From the IMG/VR virus record IMGVR_UViG_3300010885_080481: 64,000 nucleotides of DNA; one strand, written 5' to 3'. Made by a program: the position numbers and the translations under genes. The DNA is from a virus (Duplodnaviria; Caudoviricetes). Numbering within the stretch: the first letter of the stretch is position 1; the number at the start of each line of letters is the position of its first letter. Below are positions 37,631 to 47,454 of this stretch, piece after piece. The notes beneath the pieces are model-generated. The model had not been told where the DNA came from. It did not search any database and worked only from the letters and a program-made list of their open reading frames with translations.

Positions 37631-38187
37631 TGAAAAAGAAATTGTCTGAATCGATGGAGGTCGTTTTAACAGTTGAGCCTAACCTCAGCATTGTAACAGA
37701 AAATATGCTTGCGGAGTGGGGTGGAACGCCTTACTCTCAGCTGTCTGTTGTGTTAGTTCACCTAAAGTTTTTAGCAGAAATCCATCAGAATCATCATTGG
37801 ACTTGCATGAGTGATCCTTTTTATGGAGATCATTTACTTTTTGCTCGTATTTATGATGCCACAAAATGTGAGATTGATTCCGTCGCTGAGAAGTCTATTG
37901 GCATGGGTTCTGTTGCAAACGTAGATCTACGTTTGATGACTTCTCAATTATTGAAGCTTGTTTCTGGTTATGGAATGACATCTACGATTCCTCAATCTTC
38001 CGATTTAGCTCGCAGATCTTTACTAGCTGAAATGAATTTCTTGAAAGTGATCGATCACATGATGGTTTCTTTAGACGAATGTGGGATGTTATCTAACGGA
38101 ATAGACAACATGTTACAAGGAATCGCTGATGTGCATGAAGGTCACGTGTACCTCTTAAAACAGAGATGCACTAAGGGAATGTATTGA
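37630..38187 (+). CDS. Dps / ferritin-like protein
   Basis: HQNHHW..., FYGDHLLFARIY, IDSVAE and D.HE.H.YLL. Confidence 0.7.
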   Translation: MKKKLSESMEVVLTVEPNLSIVTENMLAEWGGTPYSQLSVVLVHLKFLAEIHQNHHWTCMSDPFYGDHLLFARIYDATKCEIDSVAEKSIGMGSVANVDLRLMTSQLLKLVSGYGMTSTIPQSSDLARRSLLAEMNFLKVIDHMMVSLDECGMLSNGIDNMLQGIADVHEGHVYLLKQRCTKGMY

Positions 38188-38194
38188 GGGATAT

Positions 38195-38665
38195 ATGAAA
38201 CTAACAGCTTCAAAATTACGACAAATTGTTAGAGAAGAAGTCAGTCTTGCAAAATCAGAAGATTCAACCAGATTTTTACATGGATCAGATTCAGGTCATC
38301 CGATGGACGATGAAGGATACATGGCAAAATCGCAAATCGCTTCTTTAAAAGAAATGGCAACAGAAGTTTGTGATCTTCTTAACAATGAAGATCAATTACC
38401 AGGTTGGGTTCAAAGTCACATCGCAGTAGCACATGAAAATCTTCAACAGGTTCATGGATATCTAATGGGCGATGAAAAGATGAGAAGCCAACACCAACCT
38501 CAAAGCATGATGCCTCTTGTTCCAGAAAGTTTCAAACGCTTCAACAAACTCGCCGAAGGGCACAATAGAATTACAACTCAAGAAATTGAAGAGTGGAAAA
38601 AGGGGAATTGGGGATTTCTTGAAGAAGATTTGAATGAATCTTCAAAAGATGATGAAGATTACTGA
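38195..38665 (+). CDS. Hypothetical protein with leader MKLTASKLRQIVREE
   Basis: 156 aa with EGYMAKSQI and DQLPGWVQSHI. Confidence 0.65.
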   Translation: MKLTASKLRQIVREEVSLAKSEDSTRFLHGSDSGHPMDDEGYMAKSQIASLKEMATEVCDLLNNEDQLPGWVQSHIAVAHENLQQVHGYLMGDEKMRSQHQPQSMMPLVPESFKRFNKLAEGHNRITTQEIEEWKKGNWGFLEEDLNESSKDDEDY

Positions 38666-38722
38666 TAATTTATCATAATTTTTTTTGATAAATTTACTTG
38701 CTCTTTGTGTATAGTCACATAT

Positions 38723-39793
38723 ATGCAAAGAGCAGTTTGTTTTGATGATGTTCTTTTAATCCCTCAATTCTCAGATATCGAGAGCAGATCTCATGTAGAT
38801 CTTTCAGTGACTGGATTTGAATCATCTTTTGCAAGGTTAACTGACAAACATAGAGATTTAAAATGTCCTATAGTCGGTTCTCCTATGGACACCGTGATGG
38901 GTCCTCAATCTGCTGCAACCATAGCCAAATTTGGAGGGTTTGGGATTTTACATCGTTACTGCTCGATTGAAAATTCCAAACAGATGTTTTTTGAAACAAT
39001 AAGCTTGATGTCTGATGAACTTGATTCATCTCAACACCTGGTTCAAAATGTTATGGTCGCTATCGGAGCAACAAACGACTATTTAGAACGTGCCACTGAA
39101 CTTTACAATGCTGGTTGCAGAGCTTTTTGCGTAGACGTAGCTCATGGTCATCACATAAACGTAAAAAATGCTTTAAGCAAGTTAAGATCCAAGTTCGGAA
39201 AAAAAATTCATGTCATGACGGGAAATGTCGCGACACTAGACGCCTTTAATGATCTTGCTGATTGGGGTTCTGATTCTATCAGAACAGGGGTAGGAGGAGG
39301 ATCCATGTGTACGACTAGAATTCGTACAGGTCATGGCGTACCCACTTTACAATCAATAATCGATTGTTCAAAGTCTGATAGAGATGTTTATATCGTTGCA
39401 GACGGTGGAATAAGAAACAGTGGTGACGCTGTCAAAGCTCTTGCAGCTGGTGCTGATATGGTCATGTTAGGATCTATTCTCGCCGGTCATGATGAATCGC
39501 CTGGAACTATCATCTTAAAAGATCATCAGCGTTTTAAGAAATTTCGTGGCATGGCTTCAAGAGAAGCGCAGCTTGAATGGCGTGGCAAGGTATCAGTCTC
39601 TGAAGGTGAATCTACCTTTGTTCCTTATAAGGGTTCTCTAAGTGATACGTTGACTGATCTTTTAGAAGGAATTCGTTCAGGTTTATCTTATTCAGGAGCA
39701 AAAACGATTAGAGAATTGCGTGCTAAGTCCAAATTTACCGGAGTGACATCCAATGGGGTCCTAGAAAATGGACCCCACGGAAAAAAGTATTGA
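38723..39793 (+). CDS. guaB: IMP dehydrogenase / GMP reductase family (no CBS domains)
   Basis: FDDVLLIP, SPMDTV, DVAHGH, GNVAT, GVGGGSMCTTR, ADGGI, FRGMAS and GIRSGLSY.GA. GuaC is not excluded. Confidence 0.8.
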   Translation: MQRAVCFDDVLLIPQFSDIESRSHVDLSVTGFESSFARLTDKHRDLKCPIVGSPMDTVMGPQSAATIAKFGGFGILHRYCSIENSKQMFFETISLMSDELDSSQHLVQNVMVAIGATNDYLERATELYNAGCRAFCVDVAHGHHINVKNALSKLRSKFGKKIHVMTGNVATLDAFNDLADWGSDSIRTGVGGGSMCTTRIRTGHGVPTLQSIIDCSKSDRDVYIVADGGIRNSGDAVKALAAGADMVMLGSILAGHDESPGTIILKDHQRFKKFRGMASREAQLEWRGKVSVSEGESTFVPYKGSLSDTLTDLLEGIRSGLSYSGAKTIRELRAKSKFTGVTSNGVLENGPHGKKY

Positions 39794-39799
39794 CTTAAA

Positions 39800-40267
39800 T
39801 CATTTTTCACTAGGCCACTTTCCAGTGGCCTTATGCATCATCCAAGCTGCCGCAGCTGCAGGATCTTCTGCCCATCCTGAAACTTTTTTCATTTTTTGAG
39901 CAAAGCTTTTTGTTCCTTTAAGAATTTTTTGCGCTGTCTTCTTTGAGGGACCTTTTTTCTTTTTTGCTTCGCTCATTGTGTCGCAAGAACAACCACCAGT
40001 TGGTTGTAAGCTCATCATTCCGCACATTGGACAAACGTTACTGTCTTGGCAAGAACATTGAGCAACTGGCATTCCGCATGCTCCACAGATTTCCGAAACA
40101 GGCTCTTCGTGCGAACCACATCCGCAACTATCCGTTGAATCAACGTCAACAGGCATCATCCCACATTCTGAACATGAATCCATCTCGCTTCTCACCCCTA
40201 CAGCAGGTTCTCCTGCGTAAGACCCAACAGGTTCTCCAAACATCTCCACCAAATTTTTATTCTTCAT
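39800..40267 (-). CDS. Cys-rich protein with three CxxCGM...CxC units and a basic C-terminus
   Basis: 12 Cys in three units. Start chosen at 40267, with ATATTTAA just upstream on the minus strand. Confidence 0.65.
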   Translation of the reverse strand: MKNKNLVEMFGEPVGSYAGEPAVGVRSEMDSCSECGMMPVDVDSTDSCGCGSHEEPVSEICGACGMPVAQCSCQDSNVCPMCGMMSLQPTGGCSCDTMSEAKKKKGPSKKTAQKILKGTKSFAQKMKKVSGWAEDPAAAAAWMMHKATGKWPSEK

Positions 40268-40320
40268 GTGTTTAAATATGCGGTTGCATGAGATCATAAT
40301 TTGGAAAAGAAAATTTGCGG

Positions 40321-40349
40321 TGCAAATTAAAACTTCCATCGAATATAAT
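40321..40349 (+). promoter_or_regulatory. Sigma70-like promoter of dnaE
   Basis: TGCAAA, 17 nt, TATAAT. Confidence 0.55.
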
Positions 40350-40362
40350 GGGTGATAGACAA

Positions 40363-43300
40363 ATGAGTTCAAACTTACCTACAAGATTCGTTGGCCTTCA
40401 TGCGCACTCGACGTTTTCGCAATACGACGGCCTTGACTATCCTCAAGAACATATTGATTATGTTCTAGAGAATGGTATGGATGCGTGGTCATTGACGGAT
40501 CACGGTAACATGAATGGCTTCTGTCATGCGTTTCTTCACACTGAGAAGATGAAAAAGTCAGGAAAGAATTTTAAGTTCATTCCTGGCTGCGAGATGTACG
40601 TCCATCCTGATCTTGGACAGTGGAAAAAAGATCTTGAAGCTTCCAAAGCGAAACCTGCCAAGGACGAGTCGATCATCACTCCCATCACCGCAGTTGTTGA
40701 CGGTGATGATGAAACGACCGATGTAGGTACTGATGAAGCTGCTCTAACGGTTGAGAATGAGGATGAGACGAAGTCAGGTAAGTACAATGACCCTGTGAAG
40801 AGACGACATCATCTCGTCGTCTTGCCAAAAACGTCAACTGGTCTTCAACGGCTGTTTCATTTGGTGTCTAGAGGCTATCTAGAGGGATTTTATCGTTTTC
40901 CCCGCATTGACTATTCGATGTTGAAAGAGGCGGCAAAGGGAGATCATCTCATGATCAGTACCGCTTGTCTCGGCGGGCCGTTGGCATTTGATGCCTTCGA
41001 ACAGCTACAAAAAGTCCCGTTTGAAGAACTGAAGCACCAACTTCTCAACGACAAGTCGTTGCTCGATCGAATCATTGCGACAATGAGCAACACCTACGAT
41101 AAGCTCGTTGATGCAGTCGGTAGAAATAACGTGTGCCTTGAGCTTCAGTTCAATAAACTACCAGCTCAGCATCTTGTCAATCGAGCACTTATCGAATTTG
41201 CTAAGAGAAATTCTCTTCGTGACAGGGTCGTAGTGACATGTGATTCTCATTATTCTCGTCCAGAGAATTGGAAAGAACGGGAGATTTATAAGAAGTTAGG
41301 TTGGCTCAACTATCAAAACTTTGATCCCAGCCTACTTCCAAAATCCAAAGATGATTTGAAGTGTGAGTTGTATCCGAAAAATGCCAAGCAGGTTTGGGAG
41401 TCGTATCTCACAACGACGGAAGGCATGGATTTCTATGACGATGAATTCGTCAAAGATGCGATCGAGCGTACTCACGATATCGTCCACAATGAGCTCGGTG
41501 ACATTCAACCTGACAAGACCATGAAGCTTCCTTCATACGTGATTCCTGAAGGATCCACTGAAGATAAGGCTCTGGTGTCTGCTTGCAAAAACGGGTTGAA
41601 GTGGCGTGGTCTGGATGATAGATCTGATTATATCGAAAGGATCAGGTATGAGCTTGGCATCATCAAGGGGAAGAAGTTCTCTCGATACTTCTTGACGATG
41701 AAAGCAATCATGGACATCGCCCGCGAGCACATGCTGATCGGCCCAGGCCGCGGATCGGCCGCCGGTTCACTTGTGGCCTATGTTCTTGGAATTACGAATT
41801 TGGATCCAATTGAATATGATCTTTCTTTTGAAAGATTCTTGAATCCATCTAGAACAGGTGCCCCTGACATCGATTCTGACATCTCCGACCGTGATCTTCT
41901 CATCGAGCTTCTCAGAAAGAATCTCGGTGACAGGAACGTCATTCCCATCTCAAACTACAATACCTTTAGACTTAAGAGTCTCATCAAGGACATCGCTCGA
42001 TTCTACAGTATTCCGTTCGAGGAAGTCAATGCAGCACTTGCACCCGTCGAGGATGACGTAAAGAAAGAAGTCTTTAAACCAGGTACTGATAAGAATCTTT
42101 TCGTTCTTACATACGAAGATGCAATCAAGTACTCCAAATCTCTACAAGATTTCATTGCGGCGCACCCTGAGGTCGCTGAACCCATCGAGATCCTGTTTAA
42201 GCAGAATCGTTCTCTAGGTCGACATGCAGGTGGAGTCATCGTTTCAGAAGACATTGCTGAGAGAATGCCGTTGATCTTGGCTCGCGGTGAGGCCCAGACG
42301 CCTTGGGTGGAAGGCATGAACTATAAACACCTTGAAGAGTTTGGGTGGATCAAGTTCGACTTGCTGGGTCTCGAAACTCTACGAATCATTGAGCGTTGCA
42401 TCGGTTTGATCCTTGAACGTCGTGAAGGTGTGAAAAACCCAGATTTTAATCAGATCAAGGCTTGGTTTGATAAACACATGGACCCTAAGAACATTGATTT
42501 GAATGATCAAAAGGTCTATGAATATGTGTATCATGAAGGGAGATTTGCAGGCATCTTCCAATTAACGCAGACCGGTGCCCAACGGTTATTCACGAAGGCA
42601 AAACCTCGTAGCATCATCGATATTGCGACCTTGACTTCAATCTATCGTCCTGGTCCCCTCGCCGCAAACGTTGATAAACTCTACATTGATGCCAAGAACA
42701 ATCCTGATAAGATTGATTATCAACATCCATTGATCAAGAAGGTCCTCGAATCAACGTACGGATGCATCATCTTCCAGGAGCAAACGATGCGTCTCTGCTC
42801 CGTGGTTGCAGGCTTTCCTGAGGCCGAGACAGACACCATCCGTCGTAACATCATGAAGCGTAGCGCATCGAAGAAAGACGATGCGGCCGCGGATGCTCGT
42901 AAGGCAAAGGAAGAGTTTATCACCGGAGCAGTTAGGAATGGCGTCAATGAGAAGGTGGCCTCTGAGCTTTATGACAAGATTCTCTTCTTCTCAGGGTATG
43001 GCTTCAACGCATCTCACGCTGTGTCTTATGCCATTGATTCTTATTACTGTGCTTGGCTCTTGACGTATTACGAAGAGGAATGGCTTTGCGCATACCTTGA
43101 GTCCATGTCGGGAAACGATGAGAAACGCGCTAAGGCTTTCTCTGAGGTAAAAGCTCTAGGTTATAAGATCGTTCCCGTTGACGTCAACTACGCTACAAAG
43201 AGTTGGACCATCTTAGAAGGTAAGCGGTTCATGCCAAGCTTCTTGTCTTGTAAGGGCATCGGAGAGGCAGCCATTGATGAAATCATCGAGAATCGACCAT

Positions 43301-43935
43301 ACAAGAACGTTGAGGAAATGTTGTGGAACGATGACGGATCCTGGAAACACTCTAAATTTAACAAACGAGCTTTTGAAGGTCTCATCTCCATTCGAGCGTT
43401 TGATTCTCTTGATTGTGTTGGAGAAGGAAAAACATTTAATAGCTATAAACAGATGCGTCATATCTTGATCGATAGAGGTAATGATATCAAGAAGACCACT
43501 AAGAAAAATCCCACTCTTGGCATGGAGAACTTTAGAAATATCTTGATAGAGACGGACGACATAGATGAGTGGACTCGAGGTGAGCTCGTTGATAACAGTG
43601 TGAAGTACTTGGGATCTTTCAACTCTAACATCCTCGTTTCTCAAGACCTAATCGAAAAGCTTGAGTCAAAAGGAGTCAAATCTATCGACTTCATAGAGCA
43701 AACAGACGTTTATTGGTTTATCATCTCAGACACTAAGGAAAAAAAGACGAAGAACGGAAAACCATACTTGCTTCTCACGGCAATGGGACTTGGAGGACAA
43801 ACTCGTCGAATCTTCTGTTGGGGGTGGGATGGTCACACTGAACTGCCAAAGTATTCCACCTGCATCGCAGAGATCACTGTTGACAACTACGGTAATAAAA
43901 CTTTCATGAGTAAGGTTAAGGTAATCGATGAATAA
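40363..43935 (+). CDS. dnaE: DNA polymerase III alpha subunit (family C) with PHP domain
   Basis: PHP motifs LHAHS, TDHG, GCE and CDSH; GPGRGSAAGS, PDIDSD, RHAGGV, KFDLLGL, YRPGP, GYGFNASHA and a C-terminal OB fold. No intein. Confidence 0.95.
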   Translation: MSSNLPTRFVGLHAHSTFSQYDGLDYPQEHIDYVLENGMDAWSLTDHGNMNGFCHAFLHTEKMKKSGKNFKFIPGCEMYVHPDLGQWKKDLEASKAKPAKDESIITPITAVVDGDDETTDVGTDEAALTVENEDETKSGKYNDPVKRRHHLVVLPKTSTGLQRLFHLVSRGYLEGFYRFPRIDYSMLKEAAKGDHLMISTACLGGPLAFDAFEQLQKVPFEELKHQLLNDKSLLDRIIATMSNTYDKLVDAVGRNNVCLELQFNKLPAQHLVNRALIEFAKRNSLRDRVVVTCDSHYSRPENWKEREIYKKLGWLNYQNFDPSLLPKSKDDLKCELYPKNAKQVWESYLTTTEGMDFYDDEFVKDAIERTHDIVHNELGDIQPDKTMKLPSYVIPEGSTEDKALVSACKNGLKWRGLDDRSDYIERIRYELGIIKGKKFSRYFLTMKAIMDIAREHMLIGPGRGSAAGSLVAYVLGITNLDPIEYDLSFERFLNPSRTGAPDIDSDISDRDLLIELLRKNLGDRNVIPISNYNTFRLKSLIKDIARFYSIPFEEVNAALAPVEDDVKKEVFKPGTDKNLFVLTYEDAIKYSKSLQDFIAAHPEVAEPIEILFKQNRSLGRHAGGVIVSEDIAERMPLILARGEAQTPWVEGMNYKHLEEFGWIKFDLLGLETLRIIERCIGLILERREGVKNPDFNQIKAWFDKHMDPKNIDLNDQKVYEYVYHEGRFAGIFQLTQTGAQRLFTKAKPRSIIDIATLTSIYRPGPLAANVDKLYIDAKNNPDKIDYQHPLIKKVLESTYGCIIFQEQTMRLCSVVAGFPEAETDTIRRNIMKRSASKKDDAAADARKAKEEFITGAVRNGVNEKVASELYDKILFFSGYGFNASHAVSYAIDSYYCAWLLTYYEEEWLCAYLESMSGNDEKRAKAFSEVKALGYKIVPVDVNYATKSWTILEGKRFMPSFLSCKGIGEAAIDEIIENRPYKNVEEMLWNDDGSWKHSKFNKRAFEGLISIRAFDSLDCVGEGKTFNSYKQMRHILIDRGNDIKKTTKKNPTLGMENFRNILIETDDIDEWTRGELVDNSVKYLGSFNSNILVSQDLIEKLESKGVKSIDFIEQTDVYWFIISDTKEKKTKNGKPYLLLTAMGLGGQTRRIFCWGWDGHTELPKYSTCIAEITVDNYGNKTFMSKVKVIDE

Positions 43936-44461
43936 CATGCATACTGTCGTAATCTTCGAAGGATGTGATAAGGTCGGCAAGACTGAGATGGCTAGAGAGC
44001 TTTCAAGACGGTTAGGCATTCCTTATTTTAAAAATAAATCGGAATGGAGGGCATTTAGCTCAGATCCAGACTACTTCGTGAAAGCTCTTCGTTATGGAGA
44101 TCCTTACTTCTACACATTTCTTCGAGACACAAAAACTTCAACAATTCTAGACAGGTCTTATCCTTCCGAATGGGTATATTCTAGGGTATACGGAAGAAAG
44201 ACTGATCATGATGCATTGTCACACATTGACTTTTTGGCTGCGTCGTTTGGCGTGAAGATCGTCATTCCGTATAGAACCTCATATTCAGGAATGAAGGATG
44301 ATATTCACGACATAGGTGAATATCATCTACAAAAATTGTCTGATATGTATGAAGAATTTGCAAAGTGGACTAAATGTGATGTATTACGTTTTTGTATTGA
44401 TTCTGAAAACCTAGAATGGGAAATGGAGACCATTCGTAAATTCTTGAAAAAGGAGGCATGA
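43928..44461 (+). CDS. Thymidylate kinase-like dNMP kinase 2 (candidate modified-dCMP kinase)
   Basis: VIFEGCDKVGKT, ILDRSYPSEWVY; overlaps the dnaE stop. Confidence 0.72.
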   Translation: MNNMHTVVIFEGCDKVGKTEMARELSRRLGIPYFKNKSEWRAFSSDPDYFVKALRYGDPYFYTFLRDTKTSTILDRSYPSEWVYSRVYGRKTDHDALSHIDFLAASFGVKIVIPYRTSYSGMKDDIHDIGEYHLQKLSDMYEEFAKWTKCDVLRFCIDSENLEWEMETIRKFLKKEA

Positions 44462-45486
44462 TGCGCATCGGAATTAGTTATTGGGGTTTTTGTGAGCCTC
44501 TTGGGACATTAGGAGAGGCAAAAACGCCTGACGGTCATCGGTACGGACGTCCAGTATTCATGGATGCAGCCCATACTGCAGGACATAGAGTCTACTCGTT
44601 GCAATCGCGTCGCGAGGCAGTTCCATATAACAACGTAGAATACGATGAAGGATTCCCGGATATAGATGTTCTATTCGTTGAGTGGAGATGGCCTACTTAC
44701 AAAAATTCTGGAGATAAAAAAGTAGAACCAGATCTAGACAGACAAAATGCACTTCTAAATCACTACCACGGCAAGATTCCCGTGGTTATATGGGATTGTG
44801 ATTATAAGGTTACCCCTGAAGATGAAGAAAAGTGGCCGTTGGCTATCATTGCAGATCCTGCGTTTGATCCTAGAAACCTGACTAGAAAACGAGAACGTCT
44901 CATGTTTTGGTCGGATTGGAAATCTATTTTCAATCCTGCTGAAACGTCTTTTGAATACGGATACGTCGGAAACAACTATGAGCGTCCCGAAGCTTTCAAA
45001 AGATTCTACTCTTCCCCTGCATCAGAACTAAGAAATATCGGCATTCAAACTTCCATTTATGGAAATTGGTTAGAAAAATCTCCTGAACGTGAGAGTCCTT
45101 CTATTTTGATTGCGACGTGTCCGAATGTGGCATTTGGAACTCGATTGAACTTTTTTGAATCGATGAAACGATTGAATTCATTCATATGTACGACCCATAT
45201 AACAAAACCAGAATATGCCCGCCGCGGTTTTGTTTCTCCCAGGTATCTAGAAAACGTCGCGGTCGGAACACCTTCATTGGTACCATCGGAATTTTTGATG
45301 TCAAATTTGTTAGGACAAGATTGGATAGTAACAACGTCCAAACATGTCGTTGAACTGGTATCTCACATCAGTAATTTATCTTATCAAGATAGAGTTTCTC
45401 TGGTAGAAGAGCAAAGAAAAAATTTGCAAAATAAAAATGTATTTTCCGTTAACAACGTAATAAGTTTTCTTGAAAGTCTTGTATGA
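44458..45486 (+). CDS. GT-B glycosyltransferase resembling T4 DNA beta-glucosyltransferase
   Basis: By-eye alignment to T4 BGT C-domain as recalled: YGYVGNNYER, IYGNW, HITKPEYARRGFVSPRYLE..V..SLV..EF and R..LVEEQ. Confidence 0.65.
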   Translation: MMRIGISYWGFCEPLGTLGEAKTPDGHRYGRPVFMDAAHTAGHRVYSLQSRREAVPYNNVEYDEGFPDIDVLFVEWRWPTYKNSGDKKVEPDLDRQNALLNHYHGKIPVVIWDCDYKVTPEDEEKWPLAIIADPAFDPRNLTRKRERLMFWSDWKSIFNPAETSFEYGYVGNNYERPEAFKRFYSSPASELRNIGIQTSIYGNWLEKSPERESPSILIATCPNVAFGTRLNFFESMKRLNSFICTTHITKPEYARRGFVSPRYLENVAVGTPSLVPSEFLMSNLLGQDWIVTTSKHVVELVSHISNLSYQDRVSLVEEQRKNLQNKNVFSVNNVISFLESLV

Positions 45487-45494
45487 GGAATAAA

Positions 45495-46484
45495 ATGAAA
45501 GTATTGATCACTGGTGTTGCAGGTCTTTTAGGTGCGAATTTTTCTCGTCATCTTTTGTCCAAAGGACATGACGTCGTTGGCATCGATGATTTGAGTGGAG
45601 GATACGCAGATTCCGTACCAGAGGCTGTAAAGTTTTATCAAGTTGATCTTGCTGAAAGGTTGCAAGTCGAAGAAGTTTTTAAGACCGAAAAACCTGATTT
45701 CGTGTTTCACTTCGCTGCCTATGCTGCTGAAGGCCTCAGTCCGTTCATTAGGAATTACAACTACACGAACAACGTATTGGCCTCGGCAAACGTCATCAAC
45801 GCCTGCGTCAATCATGACGTGAAAAAAGTCATCTTCACTTCTTCAATGGCGGTCTACGGTGAGGGTCGTCCTCCTTTTAGTGAAGACCAGCTTCCGACTC
45901 CTGAAGATCCTTACGGAATCGCCAAGTATGCAGTTGAGATGGACCTGAAGTTAGCTCACAGTATGTTCGGTCTACGTTACAGTATCGTTCGCCCTCACAA
46001 TGTGGTCGGCATCTATCAAAATATTTGGGACAGGTATCGAAACGTTATTGGAATTTGGATTCGTAAAGCTCTCATTGGTGAGCCTCTTACGATTTTCGGT
46101 GATGGGTCGCAAAAAAGGGCTTTTTCTGATATCAAGTTCTATATGGACCCATTCGAAAAATTGATGTCTTCTTTTGACGGAGAAACATTCAATATTGGAG
46201 CAGATAAAGATTTTACGATCAACGAAGCCTGCGATTTGGTTATCGATGTTGCAGCTGAACTTGGTATCAAAGCGACCAAGGTTCATCTAGAAAAACGTAA
46301 TGAGGTTCACACCGCCTATTGCGACCACGCAAAAGCTCATAAGCTTTTAGATTTTAAAGATGAAACGAATCTTCGTGATACAATCAAGCAGATGTTTGTC
46401 TGGGCTCAGCAGCAACCAAATAGACAAATTAAAAATATGGATTATGAGATTGAAAAGAACATGTATTCTTTTTGGAAGAAATGA
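45495..46484 (+). CDS. NAD-dependent NDP-sugar epimerase/dehydratase 1 (extended SDR)
   Basis: GVAGLLG, FTSS and YGIAK. Start at 45495 has a GAGG SD. Confidence 0.9.
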   Translation: MKVLITGVAGLLGANFSRHLLSKGHDVVGIDDLSGGYADSVPEAVKFYQVDLAERLQVEEVFKTEKPDFVFHFAAYAAEGLSPFIRNYNYTNNVLASANVINACVNHDVKKVIFTSSMAVYGEGRPPFSEDQLPTPEDPYGIAKYAVEMDLKLAHSMFGLRYSIVRPHNVVGIYQNIWDRYRNVIGIWIRKALIGEPLTIFGDGSQKRAFSDIKFYMDPFEKLMSSFDGETFNIGADKDFTINEACDLVIDVAAELGIKATKVHLEKRNEVHTAYCDHAKAHKLLDFKDETNLRDTIKQMFVWAQQQPNRQIKNMDYEIEKNMYSFWKK

Positions 46485-47269
46485 CTATGACTTTTCCTGA
46501 AAAATTAGCTGATAGAGAAAAATACATTTTTGATCAAGTCTTAGCTGGCAATTTTGATGCTGAATGGTTTCCTCTTGAATTTTCTTCTGGTGGAAGAACC
46601 ATCAAGTTCAACGTGATGAACGATGCATTGAAAATCGATGGTGTGAGAGTCAATGTATCTGCAGAGCTTCAACAAAAATTAGCCGATGTATTTAACGCGT
46701 CTTTGTTGACAACACACATTGCTGATTTGATGTTCATCAATGCCACACATCGAGTAGAACCATGTCCCATGTTGATATCTTCGACAGTCGATTCTATGAT
46801 TAAACATAGTCGAATGGTCGATGGAAAAATGGGGATGAAGGTGACGGGGCTAGTGGCTTCTCCTGGAAAGCATTGGATTTTAGATAAGAAATTAGATGCA
46901 AATCCTAGGAAAGCTTGCAATTATGGTTGGCACTTTGTCGGTGCGAACTATAAAGGTATAAAAGGCTATCCAACAGGATCTAAACAAAATAAGTTGAATG
47001 GAATGAATATCTCAGTAATTCAGCCAAATGCAACTGCTCACGATATGAAACATTCTGACTATTCTCAGATTTGCCAGCTAGTTTCTCAAGCTTGTTGGAT
47101 TGATGGTGTTATACACCGTTTATCTGATGTTCTGCAAGATCCAATGAAATGCGATCTTGCTACCGCAAATGGTCCTTTAAGCTTCGTTAGGCAACCGGGA
47201 ACGTCTCAACTTATTGGAACTTCAGTTATGTTTCCTGTAAAAATTACTTCGCAAGGAGGAATCACATGA
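46481..47269 (+). CDS. Hypothetical protein with YGWH and HxxxHxDYSQ motifs
   Basis: ATGA-coupled to the epimerase; function unassigned. Confidence 0.65.
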   Translation: MTMTFPEKLADREKYIFDQVLAGNFDAEWFPLEFSSGGRTIKFNVMNDALKIDGVRVNVSAELQQKLADVFNASLLTTHIADLMFINATHRVEPCPMLISSTVDSMIKHSRMVDGKMGMKVTGLVASPGKHWILDKKLDANPRKACNYGWHFVGANYKGIKGYPTGSKQNKLNGMNISVIQPNATAHDMKHSDYSQICQLVSQACWIDGVIHRLSDVLQDPMKCDLATANGPLSFVRQPGTSQLIGTSVMFPVKITSQGGIT

Positions 47270-47454
47270 CGTATGAATATGAATGTAAAGCCTGCAATCA
47301 TCAGTTTGAAGCGCAACAATCAATTAAAGATCCGCCATTGACAAATTGCCCTCGTTGCAAGACTGACTTTTTACGAAGGCTTATAAGCAAGTCAACATTC
47401 GTTTTGAAGGGTTCTGGTTGGGCTGCTGATAACTACTCTTCAAAATCTTCTTAG
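47266..47454 (+). CDS. FmdB-family zinc ribbon protein
   Basis: YEYECKACNHQFE..QSIKDPPLT.CPRC...LRRLIS...F.LKGSGW...NY. Confidence 0.88.
   Translation: MTYEYECKACNHQFEAQQSIKDPPLTNCPRCKTDFLRRLISKSTFVLKGSGWAADNYSSKSS

Noticed and set aside
39755-39831. Two hairpins at the guaB / Cys-rich gene convergence
   Set aside because: Both lie inside coding sequence with no clear U-tract, so they are not called terminators.
23243-43935. Inteins or introns in RecA, helicase, RNR or DnaE
   Set aside because: Lengths are ordinary, and I saw no intein splice motifs or frame breaks.
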